This document shows, piece by piece, positions 1 through 9,276 of a DNA stretch of 64,000 nucleotides (within the stretch, counting starts at the first letter, position 1; every line of letters starts with the position of its first letter). Below the pieces are notes generated by a model. That model had not been told where the DNA came from, did not search any database, and was given only the letters and a program-made list of their open reading frames with translations. The DNA is from Chloroflexota bacterium. Lineage in GTDB: Bacteria > Chloroflexota > UBA11872. The position numbers were made by a program, and so were the translations under genes. The stretch spans positions 120,398 to 184,397 of the forward strand of contig JAPOWQ010000025.1 of assembly GCA_026707585.1 (NCBI GenBank). Reading direction: 5' to 3'.

Positions 1-781
1 CGGTCTTGATTTCCCAGGCGATGAACGCCCCCATCAGCGCCGCGCCAACGACGAATCCGGCGATCACCAGGCCGTCGGTCCACCCGCGTACCGGCGCCTC
101 GATGATTGAGAAGACCAGCACCGTGACGGCCGAAATGGACAGCACGGCGCCCAGGATGTCGAGGGATCTTGGGTGCGGATCCCGGCTCTCCGGAACCAGC
201 ACGAGTCCCGCCAGCAGCGCTACCGCAACGATCGGCACGTTGATGAAGAACACCGAACCCCACCAGAAGTACTCGAGCAAGAGGCCGCCGGTGACGGGTC
301 CCAGCCCGATCCCCAGGCCGGCCACCGCCGCCCAGATGCCGATGGCCTTGCCGCGCTCCTCTCGCGGGAATACGTGGGTCAGGATTGACAGGGTCGACGG
401 CATGATCAACGCGCCCCCGATTCCCATCACGGCCCGCGCGGCAATCAGCTGTTCGCTCGACTGCGCGAATGCCGCAAAGAAGCTCGCCAGGCCAAACACC
501 ACCAGCCCGACCTGCAGCGCCCGCTTGCGCCCGTACCGGTCCCCCAGCGAGCCCATCAGCAGCAGCAGGCCGGCGAACACCAGGATGTACGCGTCCACCA
601 TCCACTGCAGCAGCGTCGCGGTTGCGCTGAACTCGCGCTGCAGCGTCGGGATGGCGACATTGAGAATCGTGTTGTCCAGCCCGATGATCAGCAGGCTCAT
701 TGACAGAATGCCCAGGGTCCACCAGCGCCGCCGGTAGGTGGCTGACGCCGGAGAGGCTGGCGGCAATTCGACCGCTCCCAT
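1..781 (-). CDS. MFS transporter, DHA2 (EmrB/QacA) family; runs off the window start
   Basis: Manual minus-strand translation from ATG at 781: MGAVELPP...RRRWWTLGILSMSLLIIGLDNTILNVAIPTLQ...GSLGDRYGRKR (motif D1 and motif A). Not in the ORF track because there is no stop in the window. Confidence 0.9.
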   Translation of the reverse strand, partial: MGAVELPPASPASATYRRRWWTLGILSMSLLIIGLDNTILNVAIPTLQREFSATATLLQWMVDAYILVFAGLLLLMGSLGDRYGRKRALQVGLVVFGLASFFAAFAQSSEQLIAARAVMGIGGALIMPSTLSILTHVFPREERGKAIGIWAAVAGLGIGLGPVTGGLLLEYFWWGSVFFINVPIVAVALLAGLVLVPESRDPHPRSLDILGAVLSISAVTVLVFSIIEAPVRGWTDGLVIAGFVVGAALMGAFIAWEIKT

Positions 782-803
782 ACCTTGCTGGCTCCTCTGA
801 TAT

Positions 804-825
804 CGAAACGATACCGTCTCGTATC
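804..825. promoter_or_regulatory. Putative TetR-type operator upstream of the MFS gene
   Basis: Overlapping imperfect inverted repeats CGAAACG-N4-CGTCTCG and GATAC-N6-GTATC; minus-strand TTGACA at 852-857. Confidence 0.45.
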
Positions 826-985
826 TATACATTGCGAGGCCGGCCGTGTCGTGTCAAGGCGAAGCAATTGACGCCGCCGACGGCCGTCCCAGCTATCGGC
901 GCCGCGAGTTCCTCGTCAGGCGGTCACTGACGGATCGATCGTCCCGGCCTGTCGCCCCGGCGCCCGGGACTCGACGAACCAACGC

Positions 986-1804
986 TCATATCGTGTCGAA
1001 GCCATACCACCCCGGCACCGCCGCCGCCTGGCGCACCCAGGTCTCCATCTGCGCCTCGTCCAGTTCGCCCTCGTGGATGTTGATCCAGCGCGAATCCGGG
1101 TCCTTGGCCTCGCCGGGTGGCAGCGGGTCCAGCCGCATGCCGTTCGTAAATGTCACTTTCACGTAGCGCGTGAACACGTGGTAGCTCAGGAACCAGCCCA
1201 TCCCCTCGATCCCGTACCACGGCGAGTTCCACCGCACCGCCTTCCGCACGTCCGGCACCGTCCGCTCGATCAGCGCGTCCAGCCGCCGCCCGACGTCGTG
1301 CTTCCACTCCGGCATCGCCGCGATATACGCCTGCACCGGCGCGTCCCCGTCCGCCTTCGCAATCTGCGGATTGCCGCCCGACAGCAACATTGGCTTGTCG
1401 CCAGAGCGGGTCCTGCGCCGTTCGTAGGAATTCTCGATGTTGTATTGCACCGCCTCGCGCAGCAGCGTCTTCAGCGCCTCCCGGTCGATCTCGTCGCCCG
1501 CGTGAATGTCGATCGACCGCCACTGCTTCCCGCCCAGCCCCGCGTTGAACACCTTGCCGGGATCCTTCAGCTGCGCGCCGTTGATAAACCTGATCTTCAC
1601 CTTGTCCTTCTGCGCGTTGCCCACGGCCAGCGTCCCGTCGCGCGACCACACCGGGCTTCCCCGGTATTTCCACTCCTCCACCACCTCCGGGTCCACCTCG
1701 TGAATCAACGCCCGAACCTCCGCCAACCGCTCCCCGCGCCAATTCCCCAAATCAGCGATCGCTTTGTCGATCAATTCGGATGCGCTCAACTCGTCTCCCG
1801 ACAT
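986..1804 (-). CDS. Tandem DUF1801 (YdhG-like) domain protein
   Basis: Two successive domains: WRGERLAEVRALIHEVDPEVVEEWKY and WKHDVGRRLDALIERTVPDVRKAVRWNSPWYG. Confidence 0.8.
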   Translation of the reverse strand: MSGDELSASELIDKAIADLGNWRGERLAEVRALIHEVDPEVVEEWKYRGSPVWSRDGTLAVGNAQKDKVKIRFINGAQLKDPGKVFNAGLGGKQWRSIDIHAGDEIDREALKTLLREAVQYNIENSYERRRTRSGDKPMLLSGGNPQIAKADGDAPVQAYIAAMPEWKHDVGRRLDALIERTVPDVRKAVRWNSPWYGIEGMGWFLSYHVFTRYVKVTFTNGMRLDPLPPGEAKDPDSRWINIHEGELDEAQMETWVRQAAAVPGWYGFDTI

Positions 1805-1869
1805 CTTCCCCGCACTCCGCTCGGCAGTTCGCTCTACATTAAGCCACGGTCGACAGCGGAGCGACGCCA

Positions 1870-3393
1870 GTGCAGGACTTCGACGACTACCTCATGCAGT
1901 CCTACGAGCTCCGCGAAAAGCTCGTCGCCGACAAGCACCGCCCCCGCTATCACTTCGTCCCGCCCGAAGGCCGCTGGAACGACATCAACGGCGCCATCTA
2001 CTGGAACGGCCGCTACCACCTCGGCTACCTCCAAAAGATCCCCAACGCCGGCAGCCGGGTCGACTTCTCCAGCTGGCAGCACATCAGCAGCCGCGACCTG
2101 CTCCACTGGCGCTACCACCAGGCCTCCCTGCGCGAACCGTTCGAGGGCGCCAAGGGCGACTACTTCAACAGCGGCGACGTCATGGAAGGCATGCCCGTCC
2201 CCACCATCATCACCAACATGCCCCGCCACGGCATCTGCATCTACCAGTCCCACGACCCCGACCTCGACCGCTGGGTTCCCCTGCCCCAGAACCCCGTCAT
2301 CCCCCTCGACCCGGCCCCCGAAGGCTGGCCAACCAGGTCCAACAGCCGGCTCCCCGAGTGCGTCATTTTCGACCCCAGCGGCTGGAAAGAGGGTGACACC
2401 TACTACGCCCTCATCGGGAACAAGAACCACCGCCCCGGCTACCAGGGCGACTCCACCAGCCTCTTCAGGTCCACCAACCTGGTGGACTGGCACTACCTCG
2501 GCCCCTTCTACAAGTCCGACCGCCAGTGGACTGATGAGATCGAGGACTGCGCCTGCTCCAACTTCTTCCCCTTCGGCGACAAGCACATGCTTCTCATGCA
2601 CACCCACCAGCCCCACGGCCGCGCCCAGTACTACATTGGCCGCTACGAGAACGAGCGGTTCCACCCCGAGGCCTACGGCCGTCTCAGCCACCTCGGCAGC
2701 CTGCTGGCGGGCCCCGAAACGCTGATTGACGATAGGGGTCGGAGACTCTTTTGGGGCTGGATCCGCGAAGCCCGCCGCGACTGGGTCGACACCGGCTGGA
2801 GCGGCGTCATGTCCCTCCCCTGGCACCTGACCCCCGCCCCCGACAACTCCCTCCGCATCGACCCCGTAGACGAACTCCGCAATCTCCGCTACGACCAACG
2901 CCGCCACCCGGATCTCACCCTCGCACCGGGTGAGGAGCGCACCCTCCGCGGCTTCGAATCCGATTGCATGGAGCTACAACTCACCATCCACCCTGCCCGT
3001 GCCACCCGCTTCGGCCTCAAGCTCCTCTGCTCAGCCGGCTGTCAGGAAGAAACCGTTGTCACCTACGACACCCGGCGCCAGCACGTCATCGTCGACTTCG
3101 ACCGCGCCAGCCTGGACCCCAACCTCACCTACGGACGCAACCCCCGCGACACCAGCAGTGCCACCCGCCGACAAATCGTCCCCCTCGCTCTCCAGCCCAA
3201 CGAACCCCTCCATATCGACTGCTTTATCGACCGCTCCGTCATCGAAATCTTCGTCAACTCCCGCACCTGCATCACCCAACGCGTTTACCCCACCCGCCCC
3301 GACAGCCTGGAAACCAGGCTCTTCACCCGGGACCACCCCATCACCGCCCAGAATCTCGTCAAATGGGAGATGGACGCCACCAACCCCTGGTGA
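1870..3393 (+). CDS. Glycoside hydrolase family 32-like protein with atypical catalytic motifs
   Basis: RPRYHF..P..WNDINGAIY, WQHISSRDLLHW and C-terminal IDRSVIEIFVN...RVYP; FDP and CAC replace the canonical RDP and WEC. Confidence 0.85.
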   Translation: MQDFDDYLMQSYELREKLVADKHRPRYHFVPPEGRWNDINGAIYWNGRYHLGYLQKIPNAGSRVDFSSWQHISSRDLLHWRYHQASLREPFEGAKGDYFNSGDVMEGMPVPTIITNMPRHGICIYQSHDPDLDRWVPLPQNPVIPLDPAPEGWPTRSNSRLPECVIFDPSGWKEGDTYYALIGNKNHRPGYQGDSTSLFRSTNLVDWHYLGPFYKSDRQWTDEIEDCACSNFFPFGDKHMLLMHTHQPHGRAQYYIGRYENERFHPEAYGRLSHLGSLLAGPETLIDDRGRRLFWGWIREARRDWVDTGWSGVMSLPWHLTPAPDNSLRIDPVDELRNLRYDQRRHPDLTLAPGEERTLRGFESDCMELQLTIHPARATRFGLKLLCSAGCQEETVVTYDTRRQHVIVDFDRASLDPNLTYGRNPRDTSSATRRQIVPLALQPNEPLHIDCFIDRSVIEIFVNSRTCITQRVYPTRPDSLETRLFTRDHPITAQNLVKWEMDATNPW

Positions 3394-3543
3394 CACCGCA
3401 CGGGTCGCTGGGCGTGGGACCGACCAGCCGCCTGCGCCCTCCCGCTCTCCCGCGGTCCCAACGCCCGTCCCCCTGCTTGAGAGGCCACCACATTAGTCAT
3501 AACCTTAGCCAAGCAAACGGGTCAGGCGCCCGGGGAGTCGGAA

Positions 3544-3777
3544 ATGCCAACGGTCAACGTCCACGAAGCCAAGACCCACCTGTCCCGCCTGCTGGCGCAG
3601 GTCGAGGCGGGTGAAGAAGTCACCATCGCCCGCAACGGCAAGCCCGTGGCCCGGCTGATACAGGCGCGCGACCAGGGCCGTCCCCAACCCGACGTATTCA
3701 AGGGAAAGGTCGTCGTTCCCGACAGCTTTTTCGACCCGCTTCCCGAGGAGGAGTTGCGCCTGTGGGAAGGCGGCTGA
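3544..3777 (+). CDS. Phd/YefM-family antitoxin (VapB-like), orphan copy
   Basis: VNVHEAKTHLSRLL...GEEVTIARNGKPVARL; GGGGAG SD upstream. Confidence 0.9.
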   Translation: MPTVNVHEAKTHLSRLLAQVEAGEEVTIARNGKPVARLIQARDQGRPQPDVFKGKVVVPDSFFDPLPEEELRLWEGG

Positions 3778-3780
3778 CCC

Positions 3781-3882
3781 GTGCGGTCGCTGCTGGACAC
3801 CCACGCGTTTCCGTCGTGGTCCACGGATAGCCTGTGGCAGCCGCTATCCGCCCAGCCGCGCCACGGCCACCTCGCTTCTTGA
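3781..3882 (+). pseudogene. Truncated VapC (PIN toxin) remnant
   Basis: GTG-initiated VRSLLDTHAFPSWSTDS aligns with the intact toxin MRILLDTHTFLWWLTES, then diverges and stops at 3882. Confidence 0.75.
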
Positions 3883-3947
3883 ACAGTCCCTGTGTTAGTC
3901 ATGCCCTTAGCCAAGCACACGGCCGAGGCGCCCCGGGGGAGTCGGCA

Positions 3948-4193
3948 ATGGCAATGGTGAACGTGCACGAGGCCAAGACCCACCTGTCCCGCCTGCTGGC
4001 GCGGGTCGAGGCGGGTGAAGAAGTCACCATTGCCCGCAACGGCAAGCCGGTCGCCCGGCTCGTGCGCTACAGAAGGCGCGGCAAGCGACAGTTTGGCTCG
4101 ATGAAGGGGAATAAGGAATGGGAGGAGCTAAGCGACCTTGTCTTGCTGCCACTACCGCCGGAGGAGTTGGCCTTGTGGGAAGGCGGCCCGTAG
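3948..4193 (+). CDS. Phd/YefM-family antitoxin (VapB-like)
   Basis: ATG at 3948 after GGGGAG; same Phd motif; abuts the PIN toxin gene. Confidence 0.9.
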   Translation: MAMVNVHEAKTHLSRLLARVEAGEEVTIARNGKPVARLVRYRRRGKRQFGSMKGNKEWEELSDLVLLPLPPEELALWEGGP

Positions 4194-4580
4194 TTGCGGA
4201 TACTGCTGGACACCCATACGTTCCTCTGGTGGCTCACGGAAAGCAGCCGCCTGTCCGAGACGGTACGCCGGACAATTTTTGATCCATCAGTCGAAAAGCT
4301 GATCAGCGCTGCCACGGCTTGGGAAATCACTACTAAGCACCGGTTGGGCAAACTACCGGACGCCGACCCTATCGCTTCCGACATTCCCGGAGCCATTGCA
4401 GCCCAGGGCTTCCAAGAACTGCCACTATCTGTCGCCGACGCCGCCCGCGCCGGGGCGCTGCCAGGTCCCCATCGCGACCCCTTTGACCGCATGCTCATCG
4501 CCCAGGCGCTCTCCCGCGACCTCGTGGTTATATCCAACGACGCCGCCTTCGATCGCTACCCCGTCCGCCGGCTCTGGTGA
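4194..4580 (+). CDS. vapC: VapC PIN-domain ribonuclease toxin
   Basis: LLDTH, SAATAWEI, HRDPFDRMLIAQA and ISND acidic PIN motifs. Confidence 0.93.
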   Translation: MRILLDTHTFLWWLTESSRLSETVRRTIFDPSVEKLISAATAWEITTKHRLGKLPDADPIASDIPGAIAAQGFQELPLSVADAARAGALPGPHRDPFDRMLIAQALSRDLVVISNDAAFDRYPVRRLW

Positions 4581-4635
4581 CGCCCAAGTTCCGCCCGCGC
4601 CGCCGCATCTCTCTTCGCTAATCACGAGCCGCTAG

Positions 4636-5030
4636 CTACGTCCTAACGTCCCCTATTACCTCCTCAAACGACCTCTCCACGTCCACCGCCTCGAAGAAGA
4701 CCAACCGATACCCATCCGGATCCACCACCACGATCTCCCGTGTATTCCACGCTCGCGTCACCGGCCCCTCATCCAACTCCACCCCAAGCCCCGCCAGCCG
4801 CTCCGCCATCGCATCAACGCTCGAATCCCCCACCAGGAACGACAGCGACCCCCCTTACGACCCGTGGACTCCGCCGCATCCGGCACCAGCAATACATCTG
4901 CATTCGTCCGCCACCGCGAAAGACCCGACACCGGCGCCCCATCCGGCCCCGGCAGCACAAACACCGTCCCAAGCCCCAAAACCTCTAACTGCCACCAGGC
5001 CGACCCCCGGCCGGGAGCCGGTCACCTGGG
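4636..5030 (-). pseudogene. Frameshifted VOC/glyoxalase family gene
   Basis: N-terminal part (SAWWQLEVLGLGTVFVLPGPDG...RW..ADVLLVP) and C-terminal part (GPVTRAWNTREIVVVDPDGYRLVFF) lie in different frames; no clean start. Confidence 0.65.
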
Positions 5031-5057
5031 TCACCCGCGGCGCCGGCCAGTTCCTGG

Positions 5058-6374
5058 CTACTCAGACCCCCGCCGTCGTCGCTGCACCTTCCGCCACAAC
5101 TCCCGCTCCTCGCCGTCTCCCTGCCCGTCATAGAACCGCTGCTTGCCGGACATATACGCTTGCGCCACCCAATTGCCGGGATAGTCGTGCGGATACCGGT
5201 AACCCACGCTCTGGCCGTGGGCCTCGGCCAGGCCTGGATGCGCGGCGCCGCGCAGGTGCAGCGGGACTTCAAGGTTCGCACCGTGGCGAATGGCCTGTTC
5301 CGCCGCCGCCAGGGCCCGTCCAGCCGCATTGCTCTTGGGTGCCGCCGCCAGGTAGATCGTTGCTTGCGCCAGCGCGTAGCGCGCCTCCGGCAGACCCAGC
5401 CGTTCCACCGCCCCGGCCGCCGCTACGGCCAGCGGCAGCGCGTGGGGATCGGCGTTGCCAATGTCCTCCGAGGCCAGGATCACGATCCGCCGCGCAATAA
5501 ACTCCGGCGCTTCGCCCCCTTCCAGCATCTTGGCCAGCCAGAACAGCGCGGCGTCGGGATCCGATCCCCGCACGCTCTTGATATACGCCGAAATGGTGTC
5601 GTAGTGCTCGTCCGCCGCCCGGTCGTACCGCACTTGCCGCGTCAGTGCCGCCTCCGTCGCGACATCGGCCGTCACGCCTTGGAGCCCGCGTTCCCGTGCA
5701 AACGCCGCCGCCGACTCGATCCAATTCAGCGCCACGCGCGCGTCTCCGCCTGACGCCGCGACCGCCTGTGCCACGGCCTCGTCGTCAAACCTCGGCGCGT
5801 CCTCACCCAGCCCGTTCACGGAGTCAAGCGCCCGCTGCACGATCGTCCGCAGGTCCTCCGCCTCCAGGGGTTGCAGCCGCAGCACCCGCATCCGTGACAA
5901 CAGCGGCGCGTTCAGCTCGAAATAAGGGTTCTCCGTCGTCGCGCCCCACAGCGCGATCACCCCGTCCTCCACCGCCGGCAACAGCACGTCTTGCTGCGCC
6001 TTGTTGAAGCGATGTATCTCGTCCAGGAACACCAGCGTCCGCCTGCGGTACAGGTCCCGGTCGCTGGCCGCCTGCGCGATCACCGCGCGCACGTCCCGCA
6101 CGGTCGCGGACACGGCGCTCAATTCCACAAACCGCCGCTCGGTCATCGCCGCCGCGATCCGCGCCAGGCTGGTCTTGCCTGTGCCCGGCGAGCCCCAGAG
6201 GACCACCGACCACATCTCGTCGCGTTCCAGCGCCATCCGCAGCGGCGCCCCCGGCCCCACCAGGTCGGCGTGCCCGCTGAACTCGTCCAGCGTGCGGGGG
6301 CGCATCCGCGCCGCCAGTGGCATGGCGGCTCGCCGGGCCTCGGCGCCGGCGTGGGCGAACAGGTCCTTAGTCAT
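5058..6374 (-). CDS. rarA: Replication-associated recombination protein A (RarA/MgsA)
   Basis: PLAARMRPRTLDEF, GSPGTGKTS, DEIHRFNKAQQD, GATTENP, HYDTISAYIKSVRGSDPDAA. Confidence 0.96.
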   Translation of the reverse strand: MTKDLFAHAGAEARRAAMPLAARMRPRTLDEFSGHADLVGPGAPLRMALERDEMWSVVLWGSPGTGKTSLARIAAAMTERRFVELSAVSATVRDVRAVIAQAASDRDLYRRRTLVFLDEIHRFNKAQQDVLLPAVEDGVIALWGATTENPYFELNAPLLSRMRVLRLQPLEAEDLRTIVQRALDSVNGLGEDAPRFDDEAVAQAVAASGGDARVALNWIESAAAFARERGLQGVTADVATEAALTRQVRYDRAADEHYDTISAYIKSVRGSDPDAALFWLAKMLEGGEAPEFIARRIVILASEDIGNADPHALPLAVAAAGAVERLGLPEARYALAQATIYLAAAPKSNAAGRALAAAEQAIRHGANLEVPLHLRGAAHPGLAEAHGQSVGYRYPHDYPGNWVAQAYMSGKQRFYDGQGDGEERELWRKVQRRRRGSE

Positions 6375-7950
6375 CGGGCGGAGCCTGCAAGGCCCGGCCC
6401 ACCTCCGCCTGCAGGCGGCGCGCGTGTTCGATGCCGTGGTCCGGTCCCAGCTCCGGCGCGTACCGCGCGGCCATGTACATCTCCGTCAGGCCGTCCACGG
6501 CCGACCTGGCCCCGGCACAGCGCGCGGCCAGCCGCTCCCGGTACTCGCTGGGCGTCGCCGACGGCCCCCGGTGTACTCCGCGGGCCGAGGCCTCGTCCAC
6601 CGTCTCGGCGTATATTTCGTGCAGTTGCTGCCGTAGCGTTCCGCCGCCCCGTCGCCGCATCGAGCCCAGGCCCGCCTGCATCGCCCGCCGCCGGCCGGCC
6701 AGCGCGCGCATCGACGCGCCCACCGCCTGCGCCACCGTGCGCGTCCAGCCAAACAGTCCAAGAATCGACGCCAGCAGCGCCTGCAGGATCAAGAGCAGGT
6801 GAGCCAGCAGCGAGCGGCTGGCCCGCTGCGCCGACACCCGCTGGTAGTTCCGCTGCACGGCCCGAAACAGCCAGTACAGCGAAAAACCGCCGGCGATCAG
6901 CACAATGATCGCGGCGATGAACAGCCCGAAGTCGATGCCCTCGCCGCTCGGCTGCAACAGCTCCTCCGGCGGCGGCGGCTCGGCCATCCCCCCGCCCTCC
7001 GGCCGCAGCAGCTCGATCAGCCGGGCGATCAGGCTCAGGATCAGCAGGCCAAGCGCCAGGATGATGCGTGCGACCCAGAGCATTCCGTCCAGGATCAGCA
7101 GACCGAACCCGGCAAACAGATCCGTGTCCGCCGCCGGAATCAGCAGCGCCACCACCAGCGCCACCACGAGCAGGAATATCGCGGAGCGAATCCAGGTCCC
7201 CGTCAGCCCCGGTGCCTGCGCCGCCAGCTCCAGCGACCACTGCGAGGTCCGTCGCACTAGGTTCGCGTAGCTCAGCAGCAGCAGCACGCTCACGTAGTAC
7301 AGCACCATGATGATCAGCGCCGTCTGCACCACGCCCGCCTGCCGCGTTTCCGTTCCCACCGCCACGTTGAACGCCGTCAACCCAACCAGGATGCCCCCCG
7401 CTGTGGCCGCCAGTTGGGTCAGTTCGCCAATCGCCGCTGACCGGTCCACGTACCGCCCGCGGTCGTTCAACCACTCGTAGTACTGCGGCGAGCGCTTGGA
7501 CGGAGGAATCTCCGACCGCTGCGGATGCAGCAGTTCGATATTCCGCAGCACCCGCATCCCGGCCATCCAGGTCAGCGCCAGAATCGTGATCAACATCAGC
7601 GACGTCAGGTCCAGCAGCCCGCCCACGATTCCCAATGCCCCGTCGCGGGCGTCCGGCGGCGCCCCAAAGAACGCCGTGATGCGAACCAGCAGCAAAATGG
7701 GGATGACCAGCGCGGCCCAGTGTTTCCAGCCATAGCTCCCGGCCGAGTGCCGTCCCCCGTACGCCGCCACGACCATGGAAACCACGAACACCAGCGTCAT
7801 GATCACCAGGAAGGCGTACGCCCGGTCCGCGCCGACCGTGATCGTCTGCATCCACAGCGTCAGCCCGGCGCCGAACAGCCCGAAGCAGAGGGTCGCGATC
7901 GCGCCCAGGATCGTCCGGCTAAACGGCCGCTCGGTCGTCTCGCCAGACAC
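6367..7950 (-). CDS. Multi-pass membrane protein with C-terminal DUF4129-like domain
   Basis: Many hydrophobic helices; C-terminal GVHRGPSATPSEY...LTEMYMAARYAP; third gene of a MoxR-DUF58 operon. Confidence 0.75.
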   Translation of the reverse strand: MSGETTERPFSRTILGAIATLCFGLFGAGLTLWMQTITVGADRAYAFLVIMTLVFVVSMVVAAYGGRHSAGSYGWKHWAALVIPILLLVRITAFFGAPPDARDGALGIVGGLLDLTSLMLITILALTWMAGMRVLRNIELLHPQRSEIPPSKRSPQYYEWLNDRGRYVDRSAAIGELTQLAATAGGILVGLTAFNVAVGTETRQAGVVQTALIIMVLYYVSVLLLLSYANLVRRTSQWSLELAAQAPGLTGTWIRSAIFLLVVALVVALLIPAADTDLFAGFGLLILDGMLWVARIILALGLLILSLIARLIELLRPEGGGMAEPPPPEELLQPSGEGIDFGLFIAAIIVLIAGGFSLYWLFRAVQRNYQRVSAQRASRSLLAHLLLILQALLASILGLFGWTRTVAQAVGASMRALAGRRRAMQAGLGSMRRRGGGTLRQQLHEIYAETVDEASARGVHRGPSATPSEYRERLAARCAGARSAVDGLTEMYMAARYAPELGPDHGIEHARRLQAEVGRALQAPPDD

Positions 7951-9160
7951 GCACGTGCTCCTTGTCGGTAATCGCGAACGCCGTCAGGCCGGCGGACCGC
8001 GCGGCTCCCGCCGCCAGCGTGGCCGCCGATCCGTCGGTAAACACCACGATTACTCGGTGGCCCAGTTTGCGCTGCGCCACCAGGCTCGCCAACAGCTCGT
8101 TTGACCTCAGGCCCGTCAGCACGATCAGCGTCGCTCCCCACGGCAGCGAGCGGCCCGCCGTGGTGACCGCCTGCCCCGCGTGCTCCCCGGCCAGCAGTTC
8201 AACTCGCGCCAGCAGGTCGAGGCACGACATCAGGTGCCCGCGTCCCCGGCCGATGGGAACGTGCGGAACTCGTCCGGCCATCCGCTCCCGCATCTCCTCA
8301 TGCGAGCTGCCCCGCACGCCGCCCAGGTAGATCGGGTCGAGCCCGTTCACCACAATCCCCACGCTCTGCCGGTTCTCCAGCATGAACGTCGCCAGCGACG
8401 CCGCCGCCGTCACCGCCATCTCCGAGGCCGGGCCCCGCCACATGCGGCTGTAGCTGGCATGGTCCAGGTCCACCAGGATCTGCACTTCGTGACTCACGGC
8501 CGGCTCCAGGTTCCGCACCATCAGGTGCCCCACCGCCGCCGTCGCTTTCCAGTTGATCAATCGCTGCGAGTCGCCCGGTTCATAGTCACGTGACCCCACC
8601 ACTCGGATCGGGTCGTGATAAATCCGTTGGTGCGACCGCATGTCCCCAAACGGCGTGTTCGACTCCACCTGGAACGCCTCGATCGGCACCACGTGTGGGT
8701 ACACGATCACGAATTCCGACGTATCGATCAGCAAATCCTGGCTGGCAAGCCCAAACACGTCGCCAAACCGAACCTGCAGCGGTCCGAGCCGGTGATACCC
8801 GCGATGCGTCGCCGGCAGGGTGTACTCGATCGTCGTCGATCCCTTGGGCCGCAGCCGCACAACCTGCCGCAGGGCGTCGTACGTTGCAATCCGGGTCGGC
8901 AGCGCCTCTCGCACGCTCAGCCATGGCACCGGCAGCAGTGAGCCGTTCTCGATGTGGATCGTGACGGCCACTGTCTCGTCCTGGAACACGCGCTGCGGGA
9001 ACTCCCGCCGCACCCGCAACCCCCGCCGCATCCGCCACACCCACAGGTGCGTCAGTACCAGCACGGCTATCAGGAGGTATGCGGCCAGAAACAGGAACGG
9101 CAACCGCGTAAAGAACGCCGCCGCCAGCAGCACCAGGGTCAGGAAGATCAGGCTAGGCAT
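7919..9160 (-). CDS. DUF58 domain protein
   Basis: RGYHRLGP...DVFGL, RDYEPGDSQRLINWKATA. Confidence 0.9.
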   Translation of the reverse strand: MPSLIFLTLVLLAAAFFTRLPFLFLAAYLLIAVLVLTHLWVWRMRRGLRVRREFPQRVFQDETVAVTIHIENGSLLPVPWLSVREALPTRIATYDALRQVVRLRPKGSTTIEYTLPATHRGYHRLGPLQVRFGDVFGLASQDLLIDTSEFVIVYPHVVPIEAFQVESNTPFGDMRSHQRIYHDPIRVVGSRDYEPGDSQRLINWKATAAVGHLMVRNLEPAVSHEVQILVDLDHASYSRMWRGPASEMAVTAAASLATFMLENRQSVGIVVNGLDPIYLGGVRGSSHEEMRERMAGRVPHVPIGRGRGHLMSCLDLLARVELLAGEHAGQAVTTAGRSLPWGATLIVLTGLRSNELLASLVAQRKLGHRVIVVFTDGSAATLAAGAARSAGLTAFAITDKEHVRVWRDDRAAV

Positions 9161-9276
9161 GCCGCAAACTTACGCGGGCTGGGCTCTCTCAGGCCACCGG
9201 CTAACGGTGGGATCCGCTGCGCCGGATCCGAGCACATGAGCGAACCCCCAAATCATCGGTCAGCAGCCGCTGGATA

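Larger units (their letters stand above)
3493..4060 (+). repeat. Tandem duplication (period about 402 bp) of the vapB upstream region and N-terminus
   Basis: TTAGTCATnnCCTTAGCCAAGCA at 3493-3515 and 3895-3917, each followed by near-identical NVHEAKTHLSRLLA..VEAGEEVTIARNGKPVARL coding DNA. Confidence 0.9.

Noticed and set aside
6-737. Long plus-strand ORF and the many other long antisense or alternate-frame ORFs (e.g. 23657-25633, 36280-38124, 45691-47469, 54291-56219)
   Set aside because: Shadows of real genes in high-GC DNA; low-complexity Arg/Pro/Ala translations without motifs.
3408-3468. Hairpin before the vapBC locus (and one at about 23082-23120) as integron attC sites
   Set aside because: No RYYYAAC/GTTRRRY cores and no integrase; probably terminator-like or chance hairpins.
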